Shown here: positions 1-10,889 of the stretch, piece by piece
Layout of the letters: every line of letters begins with the position of its first letter
How positions within the stretch are numbered: position 1 is the first letter of the stretch
From: Catajapyx aquilonaris
Lineage: Eukaryota
Assembly: GCA_000934665.2 (NCBI GenBank)
Contig: KZ538758.1
Span: 1-49,385 of the forward strand
Direction: 5' to 3'
Length of the DNA: 49,385 nt
The notes under the pieces: model-generated
Database searches by the model: none
Told to the model about the DNA's origin: nothing
What the model saw: the letters and a program-made list of their open reading frames with translations, nothing else
Position numbers and translations under genes: made by a program

Positions 1-1153
1 CAAAAAAGGCCTCAATTTAGCAATTTCCCAAATTCGCGAATTTATCCCTCCTCACGGTATTGAGCAATATGGATGAAACTTGATATTTAGCATTATGAAA
101 TGGTTGTGCACTTCTGTGTTTATTTCCACCAAAATGCGAGAGGGTCAAGCAATGTTTCGTCCCACTTGATTCGGAATGACCCCAAGATTTTTTCGAGGAC
201 TTTGGTTCTTTGACAGCCACAATTTATTAACGTTGAAGACACAATTCAGACAGAGTGATAGGTCATTATGAGTTACCATGACCTAAGGAACATAGGGCTA
301 CAAATGGCGATTAATTTCCAATAACAAAAATGTTGATTTTTGTTACATATTGTAATTATTATAAATGCCTCCTGTCGGGCATTAAAACCCCTAATTAATT
401 AAGATACTATGTGTGCAAGAGGAGCCATGACATTGCAATAGTAGGGGCTCGGTTCCCCAACACCCTATTTGTGTGCATTTATAGCCCTTTTCCTCTTTTC
501 CACATCTCGACTGGCTGCATTTCCAGGGTGTGCATATTGTTCTGTGCTTGTGCAAGTGAAATAAGTTGGCTACCTACTGGCGCATCTCATTGACTGACTT
601 TGTACATTTTATGTCGTTATAAGAAGGGGCCTCTAACATGATCCTGCCCTGGGCCTCAGACAAGCTCTGCAGGGCCCTTTAAATCCATTTTAATTTTCTT
701 CCTGGAGATTTTTACGCAAAATGGGGTAAAATGTGCATTTTATCCCATGAGTTACCCATTTATCCCCACCTCTGGGATAAAATGGGTATAAAACATGAGT
801 GCAATATATTTTTGTAATAATGTTTAATTTTTCATAAAATATGAAAAAAGTAAGACATTCTTATTTCAATAAGCACATTGCATAAAGTAAAAATAATAAT
901 GATGAGGATATACGTACATATTAACCAAGTATTAATTGAAATTGAACAACAAATCCAAAAAAAGGTATTTTTATATCAATTTTACCTCACCTCACTCTTA
1001 TGAACCATTCCATGGTTTATAGTGATGTGAAAACGTAAACAGAAAGAAAAATAGTGTTTCGAGTTATTTTATATTTTAATGTTTAAATCATTCATAAGGC
1101 TGGTTGTAGGCATAGAGGATAGAATGTTCATTCTTCTTGAACTCAAATGAAAA

Positions 1154-1282
1154 TCCTGCCCGTGAGCCCGGGCGCTTCTCAATGGCTCCAACTTGTACAC
1201 TATGTACGATCAAATAATAAAGGTCCGTGCCGAATGCCGAAAGGTGAAGCACTACCCCCACAATTATTATTATTCATTATTA
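1154..1282 (+). mobile_element. 3'-end fragment with the same tail type as the 17369-17746 SINE
   Basis: Shares TCCTGCCCGTG..CCC and AATAAAGGTCCGTGC..GCAC..TACCCC, ends in (ATT)n, and has a 16-bp TSD TGAACTCAAAT(G/T)AAAA with one mismatch. Confidence 0.75.
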
Positions 1283-2888
1283 TGAACTCAAATTAAAAGA
1301 TTAGTTAATTAGTTTTAGTATTGTACAGTATTATACAATGCCACTTTTTGTTATTTGTTTACTTATATATTGTAACATTTAAGCAACATTTCCGTATGAA
1401 ATCTCTACATCGTAGTTCTCAAAATAATACGATATTTTGTGATTCAGCTTTCAATTTGCCAGATAATTATAATTTTGAGAAAGATACATTTTCTTAATCA
1501 AAAGTAGGTCTTATTGTTTACCTCACCATGAGTTAAGAATGGGCATATGTAGATGATAAGTCACAACTTGTTTAAATTAATTTAAACCAAGAATTTGAGT
1601 TTAAACATGGTTTAAACAAAAAAAAAAATCTGGTCTACTCTCAACAAAAAAACAAACGGGTTTTTCCCAACCCTGGTTTGGTTTTAAATGTACCTTGGTT
1701 CATGGGAATGTAGCACTACTCACAATAAATACTGGAATTTACCTTCAACGACCTCCATACACACGAGAACGCGCCAAGATGTGAATCGCCGTACTATCAC
1801 AGGTCCTCCGCAGCATATCGACAACAATAGTCTGGATTTCTGCACTCACAAGTATGTGTTTTGGACCAATACCGTGGCAGATGGCCTCAATTAGAGGAAT
1901 AAAAAATTGAATAAGAGAAGTGCAGACTGCACGCATCACCGAAATGGTCACTACAATGTTTTGTCACAAGAAACTGTGTGTTCCGTTTCCACCTGCCAAA
2001 GAGCTCTAAATGAGTATATTTGAAGACTTGTGCTTCAACAATACACCTCGAGGTATTCAAAAGCAACATCATTGCAGCAATCCAGACTGTTGTTGATAGG
2101 CTATAGTCACAAATGGGGATGCGCATGCGCATCATCTGGGCAGCTCTGACTACCCAACTTGTCAGTAACTTGACATGTATGGGGCTAGGCTCGTTTGGCT
2201 AGATGAGACGTGGTTTGCCTGAGTACCTGGGAATATAGCTGCCAAGAGCCATTCATGACCTTCGTAGCTGGAAAACAATGATGCCAAGTATGGATCCAGG
2301 ACTGCCGCATCGTCATTTGAGGGTGTTTAGCACCGGAAGAGAACCTGTAGGCCTACTCGAACAAGGGTGATGCAATACACCTCTGTAACTAGACAAACCA
2401 CGCATTCTTATGCTGAATGTGTCTGGCACGTTGTATTTTCCATACACTACTGAGTTGCAATGGCAAAATGAGTATAATTTGGTCATGTAAAATGTTTTCT
2501 TGGACATTTCTGGATAGAGTGGAAAGAAAAATATAGCTGATTCTTTCGGAGGACTATACCTAGTAAAACACCCTGTGCTATGACATGGAATACAATGAAC
2601 AGTGTTCTTCAACATACAGTATATGAATGAAATATAGGTCTACTGCACATGCATGAGATTCCACACGAATCTTGGGCTTGATTCTCATCTCTGCTTTGAA
2701 TATCATGTGTAAGAATTGAGTCCATGCTGGTAATTGGCCAAATTGGGTACCCAGATCCAAATGGGTACCTAGGTGCCCTGGTTACCAACCTTACCTGCAA
2801 GGTTTGGGTACCCAGTTCCTACCTGGATTTTTCAGAATTTAGACACAACCACCACAAAGTCAGGTCATAATAAGTGAATTATACTAAC

Positions 2889-2975
2889 CTGGAGAAAGAC
2901 ATATCCTTTCAATGCTAGGATTGTAAGCAACTGTCGTTGCTTTCTCTTCCAATTCTAGATCTTTGTCAGGAGCTT
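2889..2975 (-). CDS. CRIM1: CRIM1-like exon: linker and first Cys of the next VWC (EAPDKDLELEEKATTVAYNPSIERICLSP)
   Basis: Follows a 65-nt intron. Acceptor aattacag|, donor CCAG|gttagt, 87 nt, phase 1-1, open frame. It ends in CLS, like the CLT that opens VWC3 of CRIM1. Remaining exons presumably lie left of the window. Confidence 0.8.
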
Positions 2976-3040
2976 CTGTAATTAATAAACATAATAAATT
3001 TGTTTGAATAAAGGTAACATGCAGCTTGCAAAAACCTCAC

Positions 3041-3295
3041 CTTTGCACTTGCAGATGGGACACCCTTTGTCATTCCTAAGGTATCCATGAAGACAGGCTT
3101 TTCTGCATCCATTCAACCCTTTGCATTTGTTGCACTTGCACACCTCACAGCCATCTTTATTTTGTCTGTACCCATAGCTGCAGTTCTTTTGACAATTGGT
3201 GAGGGGCGGGCAGGTGAGAGGTGCTTTGCACCTACACAGGAAGCCGCCATTCTCATCTTCTTCATAGCCATACTCACAATGCAGATCACATTCCT
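3041..3295 (-). CDS. CRIM1: CRIM1-like exon: three antistasin-like repeats (EECDLHCEYGYEEDENG...CQKNCSYGYRQNKDGCEVCKC...CLHGYLRNDKGCPICKCK)
   Basis: Acceptor tttcccacag|, donor AAG|gtgagg, 255 nt, phase 1-1, open frame. Repeated C-x3-C-xx-G-Y-xx-N/D-xx-GC-xx-C-x-C pattern. Not shown in this frame by the ORF track. An in-frame alternative acceptor lies at 3331. Confidence 0.9.
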
Positions 3296-3647
3296 CTGTG
3301 GGAAATGCACAATAGGTGAAAGCAGTCCCTCCTGAGAGTGCATATTTTTTTACCTCAAGTTATAAACTTTTGAGATGTGGTAGTCTTGATTTGCAATTCC
3401 AAGCACAACCTATTCATTATTCTTTCAAGCATGATAAGCCCACTAACAATTAAACATTTTACAGCTTCATGAGTCCTACCATGTATATTTTATTCAGGGT
3501 TTACCACAGAATCTGACTAAACAATCATGATACATTTTACTTTGATTAGTACTTATTTCAGCAGTCATTCTCAGCTGGCATTTGTTAATTAATTATTATT
3601 CTGAAATTTTAATGACTGCAATTATTATTAAAAGCCATGGAAATATA

Positions 3648-3997
3648 CAGTGTGATCGAAAAAGAATGCACAGATTTTAAAACACTATAACTCGAAAACT
3701 TGTAGACATATCTAAATGATTCCAGTTTTGAAATGCTAACAAATGTCTTAAGTTTTGGACTCACCTTAGTTTGTTTCAATATTAGCTTCATTTTTCGGTT
3801 GGCAGGTAAGAAAAAAAAAACGGTTTTCGGTCTTGTTCCCAACCCATTCAATGATATCTATCTGGATTTACAGTTGCAATCCTATCCCATAGGTACTGGA
3901 TATTTCGTATCATTACACCACACACATTGTTCTTGATGATTCAAATAAAAAAAGTCGCCTAATTCGTGAAACAAACCTGACATTCTTGATCACCCTG
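3648..3997. mobile_element. Tc1/mariner-type MITE, about 350 bp
   Basis: TA-flanked, imperfect TIRs CAGTGTGATCGAAAAAGAATG and CAGGGTGATCAAGAATG. Confidence 0.6.
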
Positions 3998-4045
3998 TAT
4001 TCCAGCACTTGCTGTGATGTCATTTGCTCAGCAACGTTGGAGGTA

Positions 4046-4432
4046 CAGTACCGTTCATAAAGAATGGTACGACTATATGGACAAATGTTTATTCTGGTCC
4101 CAACCCCTGGGTCGCCAGCATGTTTTAGGGGTCATGAGGAAGTCCGGGAAAAGGGAATCAAAATAATATAAAAAAGAGAAGAGAAAAACAAAGCTAAGTA
4201 GGAGAATTTTAGGGGGGAAATTCACATCAAATCTACATAAGCATTGCACCGGGTTCAACATTTTGGTCATTAAAATTTTTATTTAAAAATCGGGATGGGT
4301 CATGCGAGTCACCAGAGGTCCAGAAAAGGTTGTCCATAGGGTTTTGTCGAATTAAAGTTGTGAATAATGCTTGATAATCAGGATAATCATTTCGTCTAGA
4401 TAGAGTCGTGCCATTCTTTATGAGCGGGACTG
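4046..4432. mobile_element. Tc1-like MITE, about 387 bp
   Basis: TIRs of about 33 bp, CAGTACCGTTCATAAAGAATGGTACGACTATAT and CAGTCCCGCTCATAAAGAATGGCACGACTCTAT. TA at the left end. Confidence 0.8.
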
Positions 4433-4884
4433 GTACATGCAAGAGCTTATTAGCTCTTGGTACATGTCATAAAAATTTGATAGATTTGCGTCCATTTATT
4501 TACTATATAATTATAAGAAAATTTTAGGGTTCGGTTATAAAAAAATAACCCTCTACTAGCAGGGTACCCACTCTTTGCACAGGTACATCAATTAAAAAAT
4601 TGAATGAATAGTACAGTAAATCATGCATTCCATCAGAGGTGATCTAGAGCTGCTGTGTATTGACAGGAGTGATAGATTCAAACATGTTTCACATGGGCAA
4701 GACCTGCAGTAGCCTGAATAAGGATGTGCATCAGCCAGTATTTCCATTATTGAAAAATATTATCAAAATGTGGCAAAATAATCTACTGTTAGGAAAAGAG
4801 AACAAACATGATCAGCAGTTACACTGTGCATAGTAATGGACAGTTAATGGTGTAAAGCAAGAGTAAAGCAAATAGTACATAGTG

Positions 4885-5096
4885 CAGTGGTTTCCAACCG
4901 GGGGGTCGCGGGGGGTCGCAAGCCTTTGTTCCACTTTTTGTTTTGTTTTGCAATTTCTGTGTAAATTGAACCATTTTTGCAGCCGTACAGAGTGTATGTT
5001 TTCTGGAAATGGGGCAGTTGTAGAAGGGGCAGGGGGGTCACACATTTATGGAACATGTTTTGGGGGTCGCAGTTGGTAAAAGGTTGGAAACCACTG
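4885..5096. mobile_element. hAT (Buster/Charlie-type) MITE, 212 bp
   Basis: Perfect 15-bp TIR CAGTGGTTTCCAACC / GGTTGGAAACCACTG, perfect 8-bp TSD ACATAGTG (NNNTANNN pattern), subterminal GGGGTCGC motifs. Confidence 0.92.
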
Positions 5097-5408
5097 ACAT
5101 AGTGTATAACCAAGTCCAACAGTAGACAGCTCCTAAGCAGGACATTCATGCTTCACACATTTCTTGCCTTACAGGCTTACTGGTTGGGTTCAGGAATTCA
5201 AGAACTCAAATAAAGTACAGAAAATGGTATTCATTACTACACTTTCCACATATGATAAAATTTACTGTGGTACCACATTGATGTAGCACACTGAAAACAT
5301 GGTACCGGTTCATGTTTGGTCCATAAAATAATGCTTACGTGTGAAATGTGATGCTAAAGTGTATATTATGCACAAACTATGTAGGAATACACTCTTTGAG
5401 TGAAAATA

Positions 5409-5486
5409 TTTTTTTTTTTGTAGAGGGTCGGCCAAGCGGCACGAGCCGCAGACCGACCCTGGAATAAATAAACGCCAACAACAACA
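5409..5486 (+). mobile_element. Short 3'-terminal retroposon (LINE/SINE) fragment with stem-loop and (CAA)n tail
   Basis: AGGGTCGG/CCGACCCT outer stem, GCGGC-ACGA-GCCGC inner hairpin, AATAAA and CAACAACAA tail. Flanked by an approximately 20-bp duplication ACACTCTTTGAGTG(T)AAAATA. Confidence 0.65.
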
Positions 5487-6459
5487 ACACTCTTTGAGTG
5501 TAAAAATACAAATCCAAGTGCATAACATGCATTAATGCATGTGTTGTGTGTTCACACATCCCAACAATGTTTTATTACACCTTTAGCACATAAATTTACA
5601 GCATTCTTGTCACATTACACAGGCAAGCACTTATACCCCAGATGTGAAAAATTACACAGACCAAATTATTCAGTGTAGTTACTTTGGGACAGGGATGCAG
5701 GATCCGTTTCTCAAAACCAATCAGGATTTTTTGTTTAAATTTTCACACACATGCGATGTGTGTGGGTATATATTCAAAAAAAGTTATCCCCAAGTGTAAG
5801 GCTCTACCTAAATACATTTCATTTGAAGTCTTTGGGGGAAGAACGATCAAGGTTCACCTCAGGTGAAACTGACATATTCAAATTTCAAATAATTTCGAAG
5901 GCCCATAAGGTTCAATATTGTAAATCCCACGTTTGGAGCCTTCCATAGAAACCTATGATCATTACTCCACAACCACGACCATACCACCATATTCTAGCCT
6001 ATACTAGTAGTAAAAATGCTACCTTCTGAGATAATGATGTATCTCATTTTTGACAAAAAGTGGCTCTGCTCCCGAGGTCTTCATTTGAGGGGTGTGGTGG
6101 GAAAACATGATAACCCACAAAAATGTAATTTTTCAGGAGAGCAAATTGAAGTTTGCACTTCCTTCACAAATCATAGGGATTGCGGGTTTCGATATCTAGT
6201 CCGTGTTGCCCTCTCATGCATGATATGTGAGCTTGGAGTATACCATACTGTTTGTCATGTCTTTTACATAGTTGATAGGTGTTTAGGTCAAAAATGACAA
6301 AAATAAGGATAATCACGTTTTTCCACCACACCTCTCATTTCATAACGCCTTTGCCTTTCAATAGCAATAGCCCATCTAAAAATTTTGTTCGCCAATTGCT
6401 GGTTACAGTACCTTTAAAATGCACCTCGCCCTTATTGACAGGGAGCCTAAGCTTTTTAA

Positions 6460-6595
6460 CCCTGTAATGCCCCTTGGGTCATATCTGGCACACCATTTAG
6501 AGCAATTTGGCACTTACAGGAAATATAAAAATGGCAAAAATTGCAAAAATTGCACTAAGGTGTGTGCCAAATATGACCCAGTGGGCATTACAGGG
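6460..6595. mobile_element. piggyBac-like MITE, 136 bp
   Basis: TIRs of about 33 bp, CCCTGTAATGCCC..TGGGTCATAT.TGGCACAC. Left flank is TTAA; the right flank is degenerate. Confidence 0.75.
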
Positions 6596-7838
6596 TCTTT
6601 CCTCGTCCACATGTAAGATGATTAGAGAGAAATGTTCCTTCCGCCCTCCCGCAGTAAGTTCCCTTTTGTGGACGCATGAAACTCGTCTCGGGCATATACC
6701 GTATGTAAAGCTGCTTTTTAAAACCCCTTCCATTTACATGACGTTTCGCAGAAAAGTGCAACGTTTAATAATCATATATCTACCGATATCTACGGTTTAA
6801 ATCTTCGAAGGCAGTGGAAACAGAGGGTTGTGGTTGCTCATCCCGTTCTCCCCATGATACAGGTGCTTTGGTCCTTAGGTCATCGGATCCCATATCCTTT
6901 CCACTGAAGTAAGGTAATTTATACGTCTATATGTTTCCATCAACAGACGTATAAATTACATTACTTTTCCGCCTATGCCTTCCACCTTCGCGCACCTTCG
7001 TATGCGATACTATCGTAGCAGTTATCTACCGTGTACAAGTAACACTCGACATACTCTAACAACCGTGAGTAACACCTGGTAACACTATTCAAAGCTCATG
7101 TGCAACTGCAGGCAGCTCTAGCTCTGCCTGATCTTCTTCAACTACCATGCCTACCTGCCTTCCCAATACCCGCCGGAACCCAGGGCTGTGTCCGCTCTGG
7201 CTCGGGGCGAAAACCCCGACGATTTGAACGTCAAGTGAGACGACTAATCTTGTTAGTTCCAAGGATCCGCGGTAGGTGTCGTGGGCGACACAGGCACAGT
7301 ACTGCTGTATCTGGGCAGGCAGGTTGCGATTGAAACCTGGCTGCATTTGCTTCGTAATCAAAATCCAAAAACTCACAACATAAGTTATTCTGAATAAATT
7401 TCGAAAGATTTTGAGGTCAAATTGCCGAGATACCGAACCTAAACACTCCACAGTAGGCTACTGCCAGAGTGTCACATACTGGTGGAAATTGGTCCATTAC
7501 TGGTCCAATAAGCACAGTTTTCTGCTTTCCATAAGCATATAATGCACACTACTTTATACTGATTAAGAAACTATACAGAAACGGGGAATTAGCCCACCCG
7601 TCAATTAGACAGGACCATAGTGGACAGAACAAAAAAAAAAACGTAATTTTCTTCTGCCGTCCCGTTATTGCCAAATATGCAAGAAAAATAATGATTTTGA
7701 CATTTTCGGCAAGTGTTACATCAGTGACAGGTGGCAAAAGCACCCAAGCTCCAGTGTGCAGTGCTTTCCTCGTGTGGGAAAGGAGGCTGGGTAATCAAAA
7801 TCAGCATATTTTTCTCACCGAGGGGTCAAGAAATGGTC

Positions 7839-7990
7839 TGTTATAGTTGAGCTGAGGTGAAAATGAGCCTGTTATATCAGGAGTAAAAATACACGTGGCC
7901 TTCTGGAAGTTTGACCCGCCTCTCGAGTCTGTTATAACCGAAAGTTCATTATAGCTGAGGGCCTGAGGCTGTTATATCCTGATTCAACTG
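7839..7990. mobile_element. One end of a pogo/Tigger-like DNA element remnant
   Basis: Repeated CTGTTATA subterminal motifs ending in GATTCAACTG-TA. Matching left end not identified. Confidence 0.45.
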
Positions 7991-8780
7991 TATTTGTATC
8001 GAATATTAAGAACTACCACCAATAAAATTATCGCGCCTCACAACAAAATCGATCATTTTAGTCCTCCATCTAGTATGGAAATAGCAATAAAGCACAGTAT
8101 ACGTTAGAATTTAGAAACAAACATGCATCCAATCTTTATTGTAATATAATGTGCTTAATCATTATCGTGGGCATACCAGAGAAATGAAATGAAAGTCCCA
8201 AAACCAGTTTCAAATAATAATCAAAGGCAAAGATTGATCTTGCACTTGTTTTCATGCTTGTGAATACAGAAAATCATATCTTTCTGGCTCATTATGAAGT
8301 ATTAGAACTCATACCATATACGCAGCCCCCCCCCCCCCNNNNNNNNGAGATCCCCCCCCCCCATGACGCTTTAAAATCCCATTTTTTCTTGTGTTCTCTC
8401 CTTCATCTTATTTAATTTAATTTAAAAATATATAAATATTGTAAGTTATGGCCGCCCTTCCGCAATTACCTTCTCTACCTGTAGTGGTAAATCAAGCCCT
8501 CAAAATTTTGATTTTCTTTGTGATCTCGTCTTTAGTTCCTATTATTGTATTTGAGAAATACCGTATTTATTGCAACTCGCGGCCGCTCCTATAGGCCAGT
8601 GCCTACTGTGCCTAATGGGAAATCCGGCGCTGATCATACAGTGTACCGTAAATTTTACGCTTTTGTGTTTCAGCTTTATGAATGATGAGCAAGAAAAGCT
8701 AAAATTCAATGCTGGTGCTCTGTACAATGCTTGACTTGAACTTCCCTCGTCCCATTTCTCAGAATTCAAGTAGTACTTGC

Positions 8781-8954
8781 CTTGATCACAGATGGGGCAG
8801 CATTCTCCTTCCACATGTCGTGGGTTCAGGCAGGTTGTTTTACACATCGACACTTGGCACTGGCGCTGGCCATCAACACAAGTGCATGTTGTGCAGGGGT
8901 CTTCTTGCCAGTAAGCAGAATTGTTATGCATTGCTCCTGACTGGGAGCGACAAC
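8781..8954 (-). CDS. CRIM1: CRIM1-like exon: VWC domain 2 (GCRSQSG...WQEDPCTTCTCVDGQRQC...CLNPRHVEGECCPICDQ)
   Basis: Acceptor gttgcag|, 174 nt, phase 1-1 if the donor is AAG|gcaagt (GC donor). It closely parallels CRIM1 VWC2 (W.EDDCT.C.CVNG.R.C...C.NP..V.GECCP.C). Confidence 0.9.
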
Positions 8955-9088
8955 CTGCAACGTTTCAAAGTGGCTTGAGCTAGACAATACTTACCAACTG
9001 ACAAGGTCAAGTCATTACTAAGCATGTCGGGATAAAAACAGGATAAGCAGCATCCCTGATCACAAACAAAACTTGGCCTTAGTTCGAC

Positions 9089-9120
9089 CAGGGATTAGAA
9101 AAGGCCTTTTCTAATCCTTG
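9089..9120. mobile_element. 32-bp palindromic TIR-only hAT-like insertion in the 199-nt VWC1/VWC2 intron
   Basis: CAGGGATTAGAAAAGG directly abuts CCTTTTCTAATCCTTG (15 of 16 complementary), flanked by the direct repeat GTTCGAC(C). Confidence 0.6.
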
Positions 9121-9153
9121 GTTCGACCTACCAATATTTCTCACCGATCTTAC

Positions 9154-9339
9154 CAACGCAAACTGGGCAGCATTCTCCTTCGGGAACTTGGATGACGCTA
9201 CAAGGGGGAAGTGGATGACACTTCGGCCCCTCGCAGAAGGCGAGCCCGTCGCGACACATGCACTGAGTGCACTTGTCTTTCTGCCATGTGGCGCCATTTG
9301 CGTACCTCTGGCCCTGTGCTTTGCAGTGCATTTCCTCAT
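9154..9339 (-). CDS. CRIM1: CRIM1-like exon: VWC (chordin-like CR) domain 1 (DEEMHC...WQKDKCTQCMC...PEGECCPVCV)
   Basis: Acceptor ttcccattcag|, donor TTG|gtaaga, 186 nt, phase 1-1. Canonical VWC motifs W..D.C..C.C and ECCP.C are present. Confidence 0.92.
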
Positions 9340-10621
9340 CTGAATGGGAAGATCGCATGTTACAACTAATATATTCCAACACCTGCATGAACAAATCTGC
9401 AACACTGGAAAACATCATCAGGTTAATATGATTGTGTTAAACACATTTAGGCCTACTATTGAATGTCTACATCAGAACCTCGTAAATTCATGCTGTTCGT
9501 AAAATAATCGTGTTCTTTCAAGGTACGACAGCACTACAGAAGCTACCACTAATTTTATTCTGGGTAACACCCCTGCAATGCCTTGAAAACATTTGATTGT
9601 TTTGCAAATAACACTACCGGTAGGCCTACTGCATACAGGCCTACTATTTAGCCGTGGTAAAATATACTGACCATTCCCGAAACCGACAAAGGAATTAAAT
9701 ATCCATGGTGCTATACACTGCCTCCAACAATTGGGAGAGGTAAAACTCACTCCATCAGCCACTTATGCGCACTCACTCCCACGTAGACAGCTAGACAGAT
9801 AATATACTAGAACATGAATGGGTAAGCTGTTATTATTTGTAAAATGGCTTGTCCTTATCCTCAGAGAATGTGTAAGCAAAAATCTAGGCGATTGAGGCAT
9901 AGCTGAGGCATTCTATTTAGAAATTAATTGAGGGAATTTTAGACGAGGAAAATCGTTCCAAAATGTTTTGCATGAAAGTGTAAGTATAGCTGAATTTATT
10001 GTTTGTAAAATATCTTGTCATTAGATCTTCAGAGTACATCTAAGTGAAAATCTAGGCGCTTCCAGTAGTACAGCTGGTAGCCAAGGGGTTACGTGGGACA
10101 AGTGCAGTACAATTTTCACATTTACTCTACATGATTGTATTCTCTTTTTTTCTAAAAACTTAAGGCATGCTGAACTCTGCGTAGTATTTATGAATCATTT
10201 CTTCAAGTGACATTGTCAACTGTATGACAACATCCTGACAATAGTGATTTATTTCCAGCATCTGCTTCACGTAGCCACGACACTGATTTCACGTCCGGAC
10301 TTTTTTGTGTACTCCAGAAAAGCGTTCAGGTCTTCTTATAATAAGAATTTCGCAATCTGACCATTTTAAAACGATAATTTCGCGAAACTGGTGGTTTGAA
10401 AAGAGGAATTTAGCGATCTGCCCATTTTGAAAAGAGTATTTCGCAAAATGCTCGGTTTTTTCACTCAATGGCTGTTTTCGGGAATTGTGCCTAACATACT
10501 ATGTATTAGGTCCCTACTTCCTGTCTCATATTGTGACATCCTTTTGGCAAGGCTTTCACTAATATCTTCTCAAACAGCAAGACAAATAAAATACAACTAA
10601 CAATAATATTATTATGTTTGC

Positions 10622-10889
10622 CCACCCGGGGTTCCCACCTTCTTTCGTGCAGAGTTGGGCCATCTCTGGCTTCGTTTCGGGTGGCAATTTCCGATAGACT
10701 AAGCCACCCGGGGGAGTTCACAAAATGACCAATTAACTACAGCGCACTTGCACTTTGCACATCCCCTCCTAATTACCCTTGGACCAATTAAGTATATCCA
10801 TGTACATCGCTCCAAACCCCAAATGGTGGTAATCCACCCCCCTAGAAATGACCTATCGGCCAGATAACGGGGTACAACAAAAAAAAAAA
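10622..10889 (+). mobile_element. 5'-truncated SINE sharing the core of the 17369-17746 SINE but with a different 3' tail and poly(A)
   Basis: Core TCGTGCAGAGTT..CTCTGGCTTCGT.TCGGGTGG..CCACCCGGGGGAGTTCAC..TGCACATCCCCTCCT aligns with the other copy. 12-bp TSD TATTATGTTTGC. Confidence 0.8.

Noticed and set aside
2118..2133. Perfect palindrome GATGCGCATGCGCATC containing the NRF-1/Erect wing consensus
   Set aside because: Isolated intronic site with no promoter context.
2785..2810. Second AG|GT juxtaposition on the minus strand (ccttgcag|gtaagg)
   Set aside because: Poor polypyrimidine tract, lies among GGGTACCCAG repeats of a probable transposon remnant, and is under 100 nt from an exon.
8326..8361. 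Long C/G homopolymer runs with Ns (also near 14400, 15390, 25600-25665, 42750, 47900)
   Set aside because: Simple repeats coinciding with assembly gaps or ambiguous bases. Lengths are unreliable, so no G-quadruplex claim is made.
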